From assembly GCA_038087875.1 (NCBI GenBank), contig JAXLNO010000366.1, forward strand, positions 1-64,000: a stretch of DNA of 64,000 bases, read 5' to 3'. The notes beneath the pieces were generated by a model. That model was not told the origin of the DNA. It was given only the letters and a program-made list of their open reading frames with translations, and made no database searches. The DNA is from Malacoraja senta. Lineage: Eukaryota. Position 1 is the first letter of the stretch, and every line of letters starts with the position of its first letter. The translations under genes were made by a program, and so were the position numbers. Of the stretch, positions 37,731-50,511 are shown piece by piece.

Positions 37731-39161
37731 ACATGTTTCCAATTCTCTCGCCCTCATCTAGCTTCTCCCTAAATACACTGGTCTATTCCCTGTAGCAAGC
37801 ACTCCCACAGTCTGTGGGGAAAGAAGCTGCTCTCGATTCCCGTATTTGATTTCTCAGTGAATAACCTACTCTCGTGAAAGTAAATTTGGGATGGCAATCT
37901 GAGACTGACCTATCCTCATTCCACGTTAGCATCCTCGCCCCACGCTGCTCACCCAAGCACAAAAACTGCTCATACTTCACAACATAAACACATCCCCTTG
38001 AAATCACAATCTTTATTTTAATGAAGTTATACAAATAAAAAATTCTCATTAAAATTCTCATTAAAAGCCACATTTGAGCGTGACATTAAAGTAATGCCAA
38101 AACTCAATTTGTGATGAGCTAAACTGGGAGAAGCCAATTATTTGGACACTCAATTTGTAATGTCAAATGATTGAAATCAAAGAAATGCGATAGAATGAGA
38201 GGAATTTGAATGATCACGGCACAACCACGACCATGCTTCTATCTGCACACAGGCAGCAACTGAAGAGAGCACCCCCAGAGGTGGGGACTGCACAGAGCTG
38301 GTCTGGGGAGGCACGGGACTGTTTGGAGTCTGTAGACTGGGCAATGTTCAAGGACTCGGCAACAGACCTGAATGAATTTACCACAGTCATTAGGGACTTC
38401 ATAAGGAAATGTGTGAAGGACTGTGTTCCAACAAAAACCTTCCGAATGTTTCCTAACCAGAAGCCTTGGATGAACCATGAGATCCGCATTCTGCTTAAGA
38501 CCAGATCCCTGGCATTCAGGTTTTCTTATAGACGCAGAGGTCTATAAGAAGTGCAGATACGACCTTGACACGGCCATCAAAAAGGCCAAACGGGACTTCT
38601 GCTCTCAGCCGGAGGTGGAGGCGGATGTTCGGCAACTGTGGCATGGCCTGAATGCCATCACCTCCTACAAGGCGAAATCAGGAGGCAGCTCAAACGACAT
38701 TGAAGCATCACTCCCTGACAAGCTCAATGCATTCTACACATGCTTTGATTGGAAGAACACTGATGTGCATTCCCGAACCCCCATTCGCCCTGATGGTATT
38801 ACAGTCACAGTCACAGAGGCCGACGTCAGAAGATCCTTCAGGGCGGTTAACCCTCGGAAAGCGCCTGGACCTGATGGTGTACCCGGTCGAGTTCTCAATA
38901 CCTGTGCAGACCAACTGGCTAGAGATTTTGCGGACATTTTCAACCTCTCACTTCTGAGGTCTGAGGTTCCCACCTGCTTTAAGAGGGCATCAATAATACC
39001 GGTGCCAAAGAAGAGTAAGGTGACGTGTCTCAATGACTATCGACCAGTGGCACTAACGTCTGTGATGATGAAGTGCTTTGAGAGGTTGGTTATGGGGCAT
39101 ATCAACTCCTACCTCGACAAGAACCTCGACCCACTACAGTTCGCCTACCGCCACAAAAGGT

Positions 39162-40074
39162 CATAGAAACATAGAAAATAGGTGCAGGAGTAGGCCATTC
39201 GGCCCTTCGAGCCTGCACCGCCATTCAATATGATCATGGCTGATCATCCAACTCAGTATCCCGTACCTGCCTTCTCTCCATACCCCCTGATACCTTTAGC
39301 CACAAGGGCCACATCTAACTCCCTCTTAAATATAGCCAATGAACTGGCCTCCTGTGGCAGATAATTCCACAGATTCACCACTCTCAGCGTGAAAAATGTT
39401 TTTCTCATCTCGGTCCTAAAAGACTTCCCCCTTATCCTTAAACTGTGACCCATTGTTCTGGACTTCCCCAACATCGGGAACAATCTTCCTGCATCTAGCC
39501 TGTCCAACCCCTTAAGAATTTTGTAAGTTTCTATAAGATCCCCCTCAATCTTCTAAATTCTAGCGAGTACAAGCCGAGTCTATCCATTCTTTCTTCATAT
39601 GAAAGTCATGACATCCCAGGAATCAGTCTGGTGAACCTTCTCTGTACTCCCTCTATGGCAAGAATGTCTTTCCTCAGATTAGGAGACCAAAACTGTATGC
39701 AATACTCTAGGTGTGGTCTCACCAAGACCCTGTACAACTGCAGTAGAACCTCCCTGGTCCCATACTCAAATCCTTTTGCTATGAATGCTAACATACCATT
39801 CGCTTTCTTCACTGCCTGCTGCACCTGCATGCCTACTTTCAATGACTGGTGTACCATGACACCCAGGTCTCGTTGCATCTCCCCTTTTCCTAATCGGCCA
39901 CCATTTAGATAATAGTGTGCTTTCCTGTTTTTGCCACCAAAGTGGATAACCTCACATTTATCCACATTATACTGCATCTGCCATGCATTTGCACACTCAC
40001 CCAGCCTATCCAAGTCACCTTGCAGCCTCCTAGCATCCTCCTCACAGCTAACACTGCCCCCCAGCTTAGTGTCA
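39162..40074 (-). mobile_element. Young CR1, 5'-truncated, inside the Rex1-like LINE
   Basis: DTKLGG..LVRPHLEYC; (TTTCTATG)n tail at 39162. Confidence 0.94.
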
Positions 40075-40822
40075 AGGGAGATCAAGGGAGTTCAAGGGAG
40101 GATGCGGTATCACTGGCTCTCCACTCCTCATAGGACCACTTGGACAATAAAAACACATATCAGGCTGTTGTTTATAGACTACAGCTCGGCGTTCAATACC
40201 ATCATCCCCTCCAACCTGTTACCAAGCTCAGGGAACTGGTTCTCTGTGCATCCCTCTGCAATTGGATCCTCAGCTTCCTCATGAACAGACCACAGTCTGT
40301 TTGAATTGGCAGGAATACTTCATCCTCAGTAACAATCAGTACAGGAGCACCTCAAGGCTGCGTGCTCAGTCCCCTGCTTTACTCACTCTATACCCATGAC
40401 TGTGGAGCCAGACATAGTGCGAACAACATCAAGTTCGCCGATGACACCACTGTTGCTGGACGAATAACAGAGGGGATGAGTCAGAGTACAGAGATGAGAT
40501 CGACCGATTGACCAAATGGTGCCAGCACAACAACCTGGCTCTCAACACCAGTAAAACCAAGGAACTGATTGTGGACTTTGGAAGGGGAAGGATGAGGACC
40601 CACAATCCTGTTTATATCAATGGGTCGATGGTGGAGAGGGTCAAAAACTTCAAATTCCTGGGCGTGCATATTTTCGAAGATCTTTCCTGGACCCAGCACA
40701 CTGATGCAATTCAAAGAAGGCACATCAGCACCTCTACTTCCTGAGAAGACTATGGAGATTCGGTATGTCAAGGAAGATTCTCTTCAACTTCTACAGATGC
40801 GCAGTAGAGAGCATACTGACTG

Positions 40823-42474
40823 TAGCAATGTTACAAAATTTTGAAATTTAAAAAATAAAGTCTGCAATTTATCCCATCAGATAAAGCATAAAAATAAGTT
40901 TAATTTGACACCTAATTCACTTTCATATCTTCAGTATTAAAAAAGTTATGGCCATTTTCATACTCAGAAATTAGCATCTTGTTCCCTATTGCTTTTCCAT
41001 TGACTTAACACAAAAGCTGTGATCGAGGACAGTCAAAAGCCCATAACTTTCTTAAAAATTAAGAGAACTGAAAGAAATTTTCAGTTATTATAGATTGAAG
41101 CATTCTGAAACAAATATGAAACAATCTTACTTAGATGACATGAAATTAAAGCATATAATTAGTTAGTTACCTAATTGTAGCTAATTACAAAATTCAATTA
41201 CTAGATCTAAACATCTATCAATTTCTTAAAGGCCTGTCTCACGAGTCTGCGGTCATTGGCGGCAAAACGGGAAGAATCTGCCGCCATAGACCGCGCACTC
41301 GTGAGAAAGTACAATTCCCGGGCCGTGCAGCGGTGTTCCCAACACCGCGTGGTGCTAAAATAAAATCGACAATGTCGAAAACAAAATACTCACCGCACAA
41401 CCTCCACCAGTGATGCACAAGTGCGGCACGGCCGCTCGCACGGGCCGCCGCCAGTGTGGCTCGAGCGCCGTGCGTCAAACCTCCACTGCCACAGCCTCCG
41501 CCAGTGAGGCACGTGCCGCCGCCAGTGAGTCACGTGTGCTGCACGGCCGCAGGCACAGCCACCGCTACAGCGCCGCGATCAGAATGGCCGCCGCCACAGC
41601 CGCCGCTGGTGAGTCACGTGCGGCGGGCCGACGTCATTGCAGTCGGCCCGCCCTTTTTTTACTTACCGCAAGCACGTGGGACCCGCCGTGTTTGAATTAA
41701 CTCGGCCCCCGCGCAGCATCCGTGCGGCGCTCCGGTGGATAGGCTCGACGCTCTCGACGTTGCCGCGCGGTCCTCACTAACGGCGACGCCGCGCTTCACC
41801 GTCGATGACCGCAAACAGGTAAGACAGAGCCTTTAAGAATAGATTAACATTTTTAAATAGCCTAAGTGTCCAAATAACATTCACACAAGAATTCACAATA
41901 TAACATAATTTTTAAATCTCATTGTCATGAATTTACAGGCCAAATGGAAGGAATTGAATGTTTAATACCTGTAAATTAATGGGCATTTAAATCATTTTGC
42001 GAGTGAGGTTTTCTGGAACGCGATCTTTTGGAACGTTGATTTGCGGTGAATTTAATCCCGTATCGACATGAAAAAGTCTGCCGTTAGTTCGGGTGAAAAA
42101 ATCACCGTTTCGCATGAAAAAATATGAATTAAAGGCTTCTTAAGAAGCACTTTTATACATTAAAATAAACTACTTTCGTTTACCTGTCCCATGTGTGAAA
42201 TCCGTCCCCATTGTCGGCGTTGTGAAAAAATATGAAGCTGATTTTAAAATAACTCCAGCGCTGACATTGTCGATCGAATAAAAATTAAAAATACACAAAA
42301 CGCCCATAGGAACGATTTTTCAGCAAAAGGTTGTACTCCAACGAAATATAATACAGGACAAGGTAGGAGAAACCCGCGTTTTAACCCCGCCCCCCCCTTA
42401 AAGGCACCAAAATCGCACACATGGCCAGTGGCAGAATTGCAGCGCCGCTGAAGGTAAGTATTGTAACATACCTA
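40823..42474. mobile_element. Non-autonomous TIR DNA transposon (about 1.05 kb without its nested MITE)
   Basis: TIRs TAGCAATGTTACAA / TAGGTATGTTACAA; duplication CTGACTG at 40816-40822 and 42475-42481; excision restores LINE codons ESILTGC. Confidence 0.88.
41229..41832. mobile_element. GC-rich Harbinger-type MITE nested in the TIR element
   Basis: Imperfect TIRs AAGGCCTGTCTCAC..TGCGGTCAT; TTA TSD. Confidence 0.82.
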
Positions 42475-43084
42475 CTGACTGGTTGCATCATGGCCTGGTT
42501 CGGCAACTTGAATGTCCAGGAGCAGAAAAGACTGCAAAAAGTTGTGAACACTGCCCTGTCCATCACCGGCTTTGACCTCCCCACCATCGAAGGGATCTAT
42601 TGAAGTCGCTGCCTCAAAAGGCGGCCCACATCATCAAAGACCCACACCACCCTGGCCACACACTCATTTCACCATTGCCATCGGGAAGAAGGTAACCTGA
42701 AAACTGTATCGTCCAGGTTCAGGAACAGCTACTTCCCTACAGCCATCAGGCTATCAAACACGACAACAAATAAGCTCTGAACTACAACAGACTATTATTA
42801 TTATTGCACTTTATTTGTTTATTTATTGTGTGCATGTGTATATATATATACACATGCACTGTGTCAATAAAATATTGTGTATATATTTATAGAATGCCTT
42901 GTAGTCAATGCCTACTATGTTCTGTTGTGCTGAAGCAAAGCAAGAATTTCATTGGCCCATCTGGGACATATGACAATAAAACACAATGTTTTAAAGAAGG
43001 AACTGCAGATGCTGGAAAATCGAAGGTACACAAAAATGCTGGAGAAACTCAGCGGGTGCAGCAGCATCTATGGAGCGAAGGAAA

Positions 43085-43122
43085 TAGGTAACGTTTCGGG
43101 CCGAAACCCTTCTTCAGACTGA
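43085..43122 (-). ncRNA. Minimal type I hammerhead ribozyme motif (Penelope-associated)
   Basis: CUGAAGA-A-GGGU(UUCG)GCCC-GAAAC-GUU; palindromic AACGUU stem III. Confidence 0.75.
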
Positions 43123-43233
43123 TAGGGGGTGGGGAGAAGAAAGGAAAAAAGGAAAAGGAGGAGGAGGAGCCCGAGGGTTGGGGGAGGGGAGGAGACAACC
43201 AGATGGCTGATGAAGGGGAGGGGACAGCCAGGG

Positions 43234-43560
43234 CTAGCAGAATTGGGAGAATTCAACGTTCAGGCCACCAGGGTGTAGACTGCCCAAGCGGAATATGAGG
43301 TGCATTTCCTCCAATTTACGGTGTTGCTCGCTGTGGCCATGGAGGAGACCCAGGACAGAGAGGTCAGATACGGAATGGGAGGGGGAGTTGAAGTGCTGAG
43401 CCACCGGGAGTTCAGGTTGGTTATTGCGGACCGACCGGAGGTGTTCGGCGAAACGATCGCCAAGCCTCCGCTTGGTCTCACCGATGTAGATCAGCTGGCA
43501 TCTAGAGCAGCGAATGCAATAGATGAGGTTGGAGGAGATGCAGGTGAACCTCTGTCGCAC
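43234..43560 (-). pseudogene. GIY-YIG endonuclease domain (5'-truncated Penelope ORF)
   Basis: LIYCIRCSRC..IYIGET.R.L..RF.EH...E..LI..L...P.GLN. Confidence 0.92.
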
Positions 43561-43699
43561 CTGGAAACACTCTTGACTTGACTAATCCAGGACAGTCACC
43601 TTCCCCTTGCTTCCATTTCATAGAATGTAGGAAATGGAACAGTGGAGTACTTTGTATCTATCTTTGCCATAAACCAGCATCTGCAGTTCCTTCCTAGAC

Positions 43700-43935
43700 A
43701 GTAGATTATAGAACAGGCCCTAGGGCACACAATGGCTGTGTCAAACATGATGTCAGATTAAACTAATCTCCTCTGCCTGCACGTGATCCATATCCCTCAT
43801 CCCTTGCATATCCATGTGCTGATCTAAAAGCTTCTTAAATGCTGCTATCGTATCTGTCTGCACCACCGCTCCGGCAGCGCGTTCCAGGCACCTACCCCTC
43901 TGTGTAAAAATCTTGCCACGCACAGCTTCTTTAAC
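43700..43935 (-). mobile_element. CR1 3' fragment
   Basis: Reverse complement of the CR1 tail type at 23230-23485. Confidence 0.78.
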
Positions 43936-45009
43936 CTTATGTATTACATACATAACATGTGAATAATGCAAGCTGAACATGCCTCTTCTACACTGTGTTC
44001 TTACATTTCTCTGAATGTTTAATCAGTAAACAGTAGCATTCATAGTCACTTTTCCATCTCAAGCTGGTTGTCCCATGGGCAACAAGGCAATTTATGAATT
44101 AGGATACTCTGCAGCTAACTTCTGCATAGCAAGATCTCACAACCAGCACATTACAGATGTTCACGTTATGATTATTGACAGATATCAGGGAGAACTTCCC
44201 TGTGTTTATTTAAATTTTTGCCACAAGATGTTTGCAGCTCTTGTTTCAATAACTTTTACTACTGATGCAATTTAAATCAAATATTCTGTTTTGCTTCACA
44301 TTCCTACATCAGAAATTCCACAGCTCATTTCTCACATGGCTGGTAGTGTCACTAGGTTGTTTAGTGGTCTCCTGAGGTGACACATTTAATGGCACTGGAG
44401 TATTTTCATTGTCTAAGCAATGGCTGCACATATTGGATTAGTGTTCATTAACATGTGATAGAGACTGGCAGAGTGAGGCGTACACATGGAGACGTCTGAA
44501 TGAGTGCAGTCAGAATGCAACTGCATGGAAGTGACAGCAATTGTTCTCATGTTCCCTCCGTGTCACGCTCTCGTGACTAGGATGAATATCCGCGTTCACG
44601 GCTATTGGTACTGAAGACTTGTGAGAAAGTCAATCACAGAGGAGAAAATCTAAACCGGTCAGGCAACACAGCAGAATTTCCTTGATACATTCAATGCAGG
44701 GGTGATGAAGCTGGTCTCTGGACTGGCGTGGGAATGCTGCTAAACGCTAGGCAGAGGTCGTCTCACATTAGGGCAGCACAACGGCACTGCAGGCAGAGGA
44801 AGGCACGACAGCACAGCTTGTGGAACTGCTGTCTCACAACTCCAAAGGCCCGCTTCAATCCTGCCCCATTGGCACGTTATCTCTCTGTCAGTGCGGAGTA
44901 CCTCTCGACACAAAGACATGGCAGGTTAATTGAGCACTGTAAATTGTCCCCCGGGGAACTTGGGGAGTATGAAAGAGGTTGGAATAAGATTAGTGTAAAT
45001 AGTCAGAGG

Positions 45010-45590
45010 CAGATCTTGTCCTCATTCTTAAACAACTTTACTTCAAGTCAAAGGGATTGCTATGGGCACTCACATAATCTCCAGCTATGCATGTCTTTGT
45101 GTTCATTGTGTTGAACACTCTGTGTTCTAAATGTTGATCACTCCTCAACAATTTCTCCATTACATCGATGACTGCATTTGGGCTGCCTCCTGCATCAACC
45201 TACATTCACCATTAACTTCCATCCTGCCCTTACATTCATTTAGACCATCTCTGACACTTGTCTCTTCTTTCTTGATCTCTCTGAGTCCATCACAAAAGGG
45301 ACAGATGATCCACTGACCTCTACCACAGTCCCAATGATTCCCACAATTTCACATCCTCCCACCTTGCCTCTGGCAAGGATGTCATCCCTTACTCTAAGCT
45401 TCCCCGCCTCCGTTTTATCTGCTCCCAAGATGGGGCTTTCCACTCTGGATATCCAGGATGTCCTCTATCTACACTAAGCATGGTTTCCCCCCTACTGTCA
45501 TTGATGGATCCTTCACCCGCATATCCTATGTGTCCAGTCGTCCTGCTCTCAATCCCTCTCCCCCCAGATGGATCAAGGTTAGGATTCAAG
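45010..45590 (+). mobile_element. Penelope-like RT fragment, decayed
   Basis: QVKGIAMGT, FLHYIDDC, IPYSKL.RLR.ICS. Confidence 0.75.
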
Positions 45591-45639
45591 ATGTCTTCTT
45601 TCTTTATTCAGCATGGTTTTCTCCTGATGTTGTGGATGT

Positions 45640-46430
45640 AGCCCACCGTAGCAACAACCTAGAGCTCAATGCTCTTAAGACAGTGGAATTGATTGTAGAC
45701 TTTAGGAGAGCTCCCCCTCCCCTCACCCCACTCACCATCAACAACACCACAGTCACATCTGTGGAGTCTTTTAAGTACCTGGGAACCATCATCTCCAAGG
45801 ACCTTAAGTGGGGGGTTACCATCGACTCCACAGTCAAAAAGGCACAACAGAGGATGTACTTCCTACGGCAGCTGAGGAAGCACAATCTGCCACAGGCAAT
45901 GATGGTCCAATTCTACACGGCCATCGTAGAGTCTGTCCTCACCTTCTCCATCATGGTCTGGTTTGGCTCAGCCACCAAACACGACACCTGGAGGCTGCAG
46001 CGAATCGTCCGATCAGCAGAGAAGGTTATTGGCTGCAACCTTCCCTCCATTGATGAACTGTACACTGCAAGGGCCAGGAAGCGAGTGGGCAAGATCATCT
46101 CTGACCCCTCTCACCCTGGCCACAAACACTTTGAATCACTTCCCTCTGGAAGGCGACCCCTGATTGTCAAAGCTGCCACAGCCAGACATAAAAACATTTT
46201 TTATCTACTCAACAGCCAAAAATCTGTAGCCTGCCTTTGATCTGGTATTTTGTTGGTTCACGTGCTTGATCAATGGTGTTTTATCATTAATGTCTTATTA
46301 TTATTAATGTTTAGTGTTTTTTGAGTCATTCTTAACTGTCACTGTATGTCATGTTGTTACTTGTGGGAGGTGCACCAAGGCAAATTCCTTGTATGTGAAT
46401 ACTTTGCCAATAAACTTACTTACTTACTTA
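45640..46430 (+). mobile_element. Rex1-like LINE 3' fragment
   Basis: NNLELN..KT.E.IVDFR, KKAQQRMYFLRQL, ESVLTFSI.VW; AATAAA plus (CTTA)n tail. Confidence 0.9.
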
Positions 46431-46719
46431 CATCTATGTCTCCTCTATTTCCCACTCTATTGCTCTCTCTCCCTCTTCTTCCAGACGGAGTGAAGATAGA
46501 GTTTTGCTACTGCACTCTACGCATCATTTATAACGTCCGGAATCCCAATGTGTGTTTTAGCCATTTTCCCAACCTGTCCTGCCACATACAAAGAAGAATG
46601 TGCATATTCCCCCCAAAATAAAAAAAACAATCTGCGAATGGTGAACATTTGAAAAAAAAAGAAAACTCTAGAGACACTCAGCGGGACAGACAGACAGGAG
46701 AAAAACAGTGTTAATGTCT

Positions 46720-46892
46720 CAATAGACAATAGACAATAGGTGCAGGAGTAGGCCATTTGGCCCTTCGAGCCAGCACTGCCATTCAATGTGATCATGGCTG
46801 ATCATCCCCAATCAGAACCCCGTTCCTGCCTTCTCCCCATATTCCCTGACTCTGCTATCTTTAAGAGCCCTATCTAGCTCTCTCTTGAAAGC
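46720..46892 (-). mobile_element. CR1 3' end
   Basis: Nearly identical to 22820-22990, inverted. Confidence 0.88.
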
Positions 46893-47884
46893 AAACAAGA
46901 GTTTTGATTTTGATCCAATGCCCAATAGACCAGGAGTAAACTTGCCACGAGTTAACCAGTGGAACCATTCATCTGAACAACCTTTGTGGTGCGACCGAGG
47001 CTCTGGGAGATCCAGGAGGAAGCATCCGACTGAATGCTGTGCATCCCTAGCATAAATCACATAAATATCATAGAGGTTTCATGTTGCTGCTTCAGTAGAA
47101 AGACAATTGCAGGCCTGGACAGCATTTAGGGAGGAGGAGAAAGGTCCCGCCTTGTATTTCTTTGTGTGACTAGGAAGGTTTCATGGGAAGTATGGGAAGC
47201 GTGCGAGGTGCTGGAGTGTGCCGGTCCCTTTCAAATCCAGAATACCATCGCACCCACTTTTTTTCTGATGGTGTCTTCCACATGAAATAATAGTTCTGTT
47301 TCATTTTCCCTACATCTACTGCCTTGCGAGTACTTTTTATTGAATTCCTGTCTTTATATTTCTTCCTCCCCTTGTTGTACCCTGATTCCGCACAGTCCCA
47401 GCAGCACGTCAGGTAGAGAGTCATTAAGGCCAGACGCAGTCTCCCCGTGACCTGAAATCCCCGTCAGTGCCTTCTCTCTTGCCTTAATCACTGCAATATA
47501 ATCCTAAATCGGCTGCTTGGAGACAGGATTTATGCCATTCAAGACTTCAACCTGTCGGCTGCTGAACAATCCACTAATACCAGGAAGCTACTGTATGTGA
47601 CAGTGAAATGGCTGCTTTGAAACATTTTACACAGATGGATTTACCAGAAGCTCCACCTCGCTGCTGTCAGCGCAACTTGTTGCTAATGAAAAGGTGGACC
47701 CTTCAGACCTGGAATATGTTGAAATAGAGCCGCGTACAAATAAATAAATAAATAAATAAAGCCCAAGCAGAGAAGGCGGAAGAGGGTACGTGCGGAAGAC
47801 AGGGATGATTAGGTTATAAAATGAGTGATGGCACAGGGCAAAAACAGGGAGGTTATGACGCAGTAAAATAGACGATATGATCAA

Positions 47885-47995
47885 GAAGAGGTACACACAA
47901 ATGCTGGAGAAACTCAGCGGGTGCAGCAGCATCTATGGAGCGAAGGAAATAGGCAAAGTTTCGGGCCAAAACCCTTCTTCAGACTGATAGGGGGT
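47885..47995 (-). mobile_element. Penelope terminal unit with decayed hammerhead
   Basis: Near-copy of 43020-43130. Confidence 0.85.
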
Positions 47996-48575
47996 CGAAC
48001 ACAGAATTGTTACAGCAGGAATTAAAGTGGGCAGAAGCATGCGCAATCTGAGAGCAGAAAGTTGGGTAGAGCCCATTACTTGAGCTGTTTTACCGTGGTG
48101 GATCACTTTCCAAGCTGCAGCAAAAAAGACTCTGACAACGTGGCTGGCCAGTCGTACCCCATTGTTTAGATTAGTCGAGTTGAATTTTTTTTAGTTTAGT
48201 TTAGTTTAATTTAGCTTACTGTCACGTTAACTGAGGTGCAGTAAAAAACTTTTTTCTTGTGAGCTACCCAGTCAGCGAAAAGACAATACATGATTACAAT
48301 CAAGCCGTCCACAGTGTACAGATACGGGATAATATGGGAATAACATTTAATGCATGATAAAGTCCAGTAAAGTCCAATTAAAGATAGTCCAAAAGTCTCC
48401 AATAACCCTTCTAACCCCTGCTTGCTGGTTTACGTTGCTTGCTAGTACTTGAGTGCCTCAAATTTTAAATTCTCATCCTTTTCCAACCACTATGAAGACT
48501 CATCTTTCTACCTTCCCTACCCTTGTAACATCAGGTGTTCTGTCAATTCTGCGTATTGTAGCATTTAATTTATTC

Positions 48576-49000
48576 TAGGTTAGTTTAGTAATACAGCATA
48601 GCAACAGGCCCTACAGCTTACTGAGTCCACACTGACCATTGATCAAGTGTTCACACTCATTTGAATGTCATCCCACTTTTTCATCCATTTCCTGCACCTT
48701 GAGGGCAATTTACAGAGGCCAATTAACTTACAAACCTGTCGCACATCTTTGGGATTGATCTGAAGAAGGGTCTCGACCCGAAACGTCATCCATTCCTTCT
48801 ATCCACAGATGCTGCCTGTCCCGCTGAGTTGCTCCAGCATTTTGTGCATACCTGTGGGATTTGAAAGGAAACTGGAGCACCCGGAGGAAACACAGGGAGA
48901 ACATACAAACTCCACATAGACAGCACCCGAGGTCAGGATCGAACCCAGGACTCTGGTGCTCTGGGGGAGCAGCTCTGCTACCAACTGTGCCATTGCACCA
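48576..49000 (-). mobile_element. V-SINE interrupted by a 98-bp hammerhead unit
   Basis: Head about 48930-49000, V-domain, tail. Confidence 0.82.
48757..48790 (+). ncRNA. Minimal type I hammerhead ribozyme motif
   Basis: GAU-CUGAAGA-A-GGGUC(UC)GACCC-GAAAC-GUC-AUC. Confidence 0.75.
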
Positions 49001-49822
49001 TTCCACGACACAGTGCCACCCTGAATAATCTCTCACCGGCAGTCATACCTTCAGTTACCTCATCTCTGAGCTCCAGAATGCCTCTTTAAACTTCTCTGCC
49101 CTTTAACCTTTTTATCCTCACTTCCGATGCTCATTAAATGTTACCTCTTTTTGATTGCTTGCCCCAAAATCTCCTTATGTGTTACTGCATCTGCTAACAG
49201 CGCTTTCTGACAGCTTGTTACTTTCAAGTTACTACACAAATGCAATTTATTGTTAAATTCGAGTTAACTATCATGCACACTTCATTGACTGCAGCAAATA
49301 ATTCAGCAATACTTCATAAATAACTCTTATGAATGCAGGATAACTACCATAAATTTAAAGAGCATTAGTCACATCTTCACTGGATTTTATGAGCTAAAAA
49401 ATTGAGAATCCAATTTAAGCAATGTGGTGTGGATATAATAGCATGAAATGGAAAACACTAGTAGCACATTTTTGACAAAATAAAAGGCTTGCCAATATTT
49501 TGGACCTTGAGCCCTTTCTCAGAAGTAAATGATTGAGCAGCTGCACATTTAGAGATTCATATTTATACAGTATGTCAGATTCCCCCGGGTTAAGTTTAGG
49601 TTTAAGTACATTAGTGTCACGTGTACTGAGGTAGAATGAAAAGCTTTGCTCTGCGTACATGTGGAAAGTATTGTTCTGCAACACTCTACTGAACTGTTTG
49701 AACACTGCGTCTGCGCGGGATGGGCATGTATGCAGCGACTCCCATGAACAGCCTGCACCCGGTAACTGGTTGCTCTGGTGAGGTAATTGCCCACAAACCC
49801 CAGGGCAGTACGCAAGCACATT

Positions 49823-50511
49823 GGTGCAGCACAGTGGCACAGCTGGAGGAGCTGCTGTCTCACAGCGCCAGAGACGCTGGTTCAATCATGACCTTGGGTG
49901 CTGCCTGTGCGGAGCTTGCACATCCTCCCTCTGACTGCATACATTTCCTCCGGGTGCTACGATTTCGTGGAACATAAAACATAGAACAGAGCAGCATAGG
50001 AACAGGCCCATCGGCCCACACTGTTTGTGCCAAACATGATGCCAAGTTAAACTGATCTCATCGGCCTGTACATGATCCATCTACCACTATTCCTTGCACT
50101 TCCATGTGCCTATGTAAAAGCCTTTTAAACACCCCTAGCGTATATGTCATCACCATCACCCCTAGCAATGCGCTCCAGGCCCCCATCTCTTTGGACTATG
50201 TTTCCCACACATCTCCATTAAACATTCCCCCTCTGGCCAAATAGCTATGCCCTCCAGTGTTGGAATGGAAAAAGTTCTGAATCTCTATCCTATCGTTACC
50301 TCTCATAATTGTACATACCTCTATCACGTATCCCCTCAACCTCTTGTGTTACTCCCACATCCCAATAACGTGCAGATTTGTAGGTTAATTGGCCCCTGTA
50401 AATTGTAGGGAGTGGATGAGAAAGTGGGACAGCATAGAATTAGTGTGAACGGGTGATCAATGATTAAAGGGCCTGTCTCCAGGCTGTATCGTTCAATCAA
50501 GCAATCAATCA
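49823..50511 (+). mobile_element. V-SINE split by an antisense CR1 3' fragment (about 49969-50350)
   Basis: SINE halves rejoin as GATTTC|CTCCCACATCCC. Confidence 0.8.

Larger units (their letters stand above)
42985..43564 (-). mobile_element. Penelope-like element 3' part (GIY-YIG plus hammerhead terminus) in the Rex1-like tail
   Basis: Open GIY-YIG segment; AAACAC duplicated at 42979-42984 and 43565-43570. Confidence 0.9.
38208..43582 (+). mobile_element. Rex1/Babar-like LINE, 5'-truncated, carrying four nested insertions
   Basis: RKAPGPDG, LNDYRPVALTS, LDPLQFAYR, FIDYSSAFNTI, PQGCVLSP, KFADDTT, ESILTGCI; tail GACAATAAAACAC and (CTTGA)n. Confidence 0.9.

Noticed and set aside
45458..46240. 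260-aa ORF as a host gene
   Set aside because: Chimera of a Penelope remnant and a Rex1-like LINE C-terminus.
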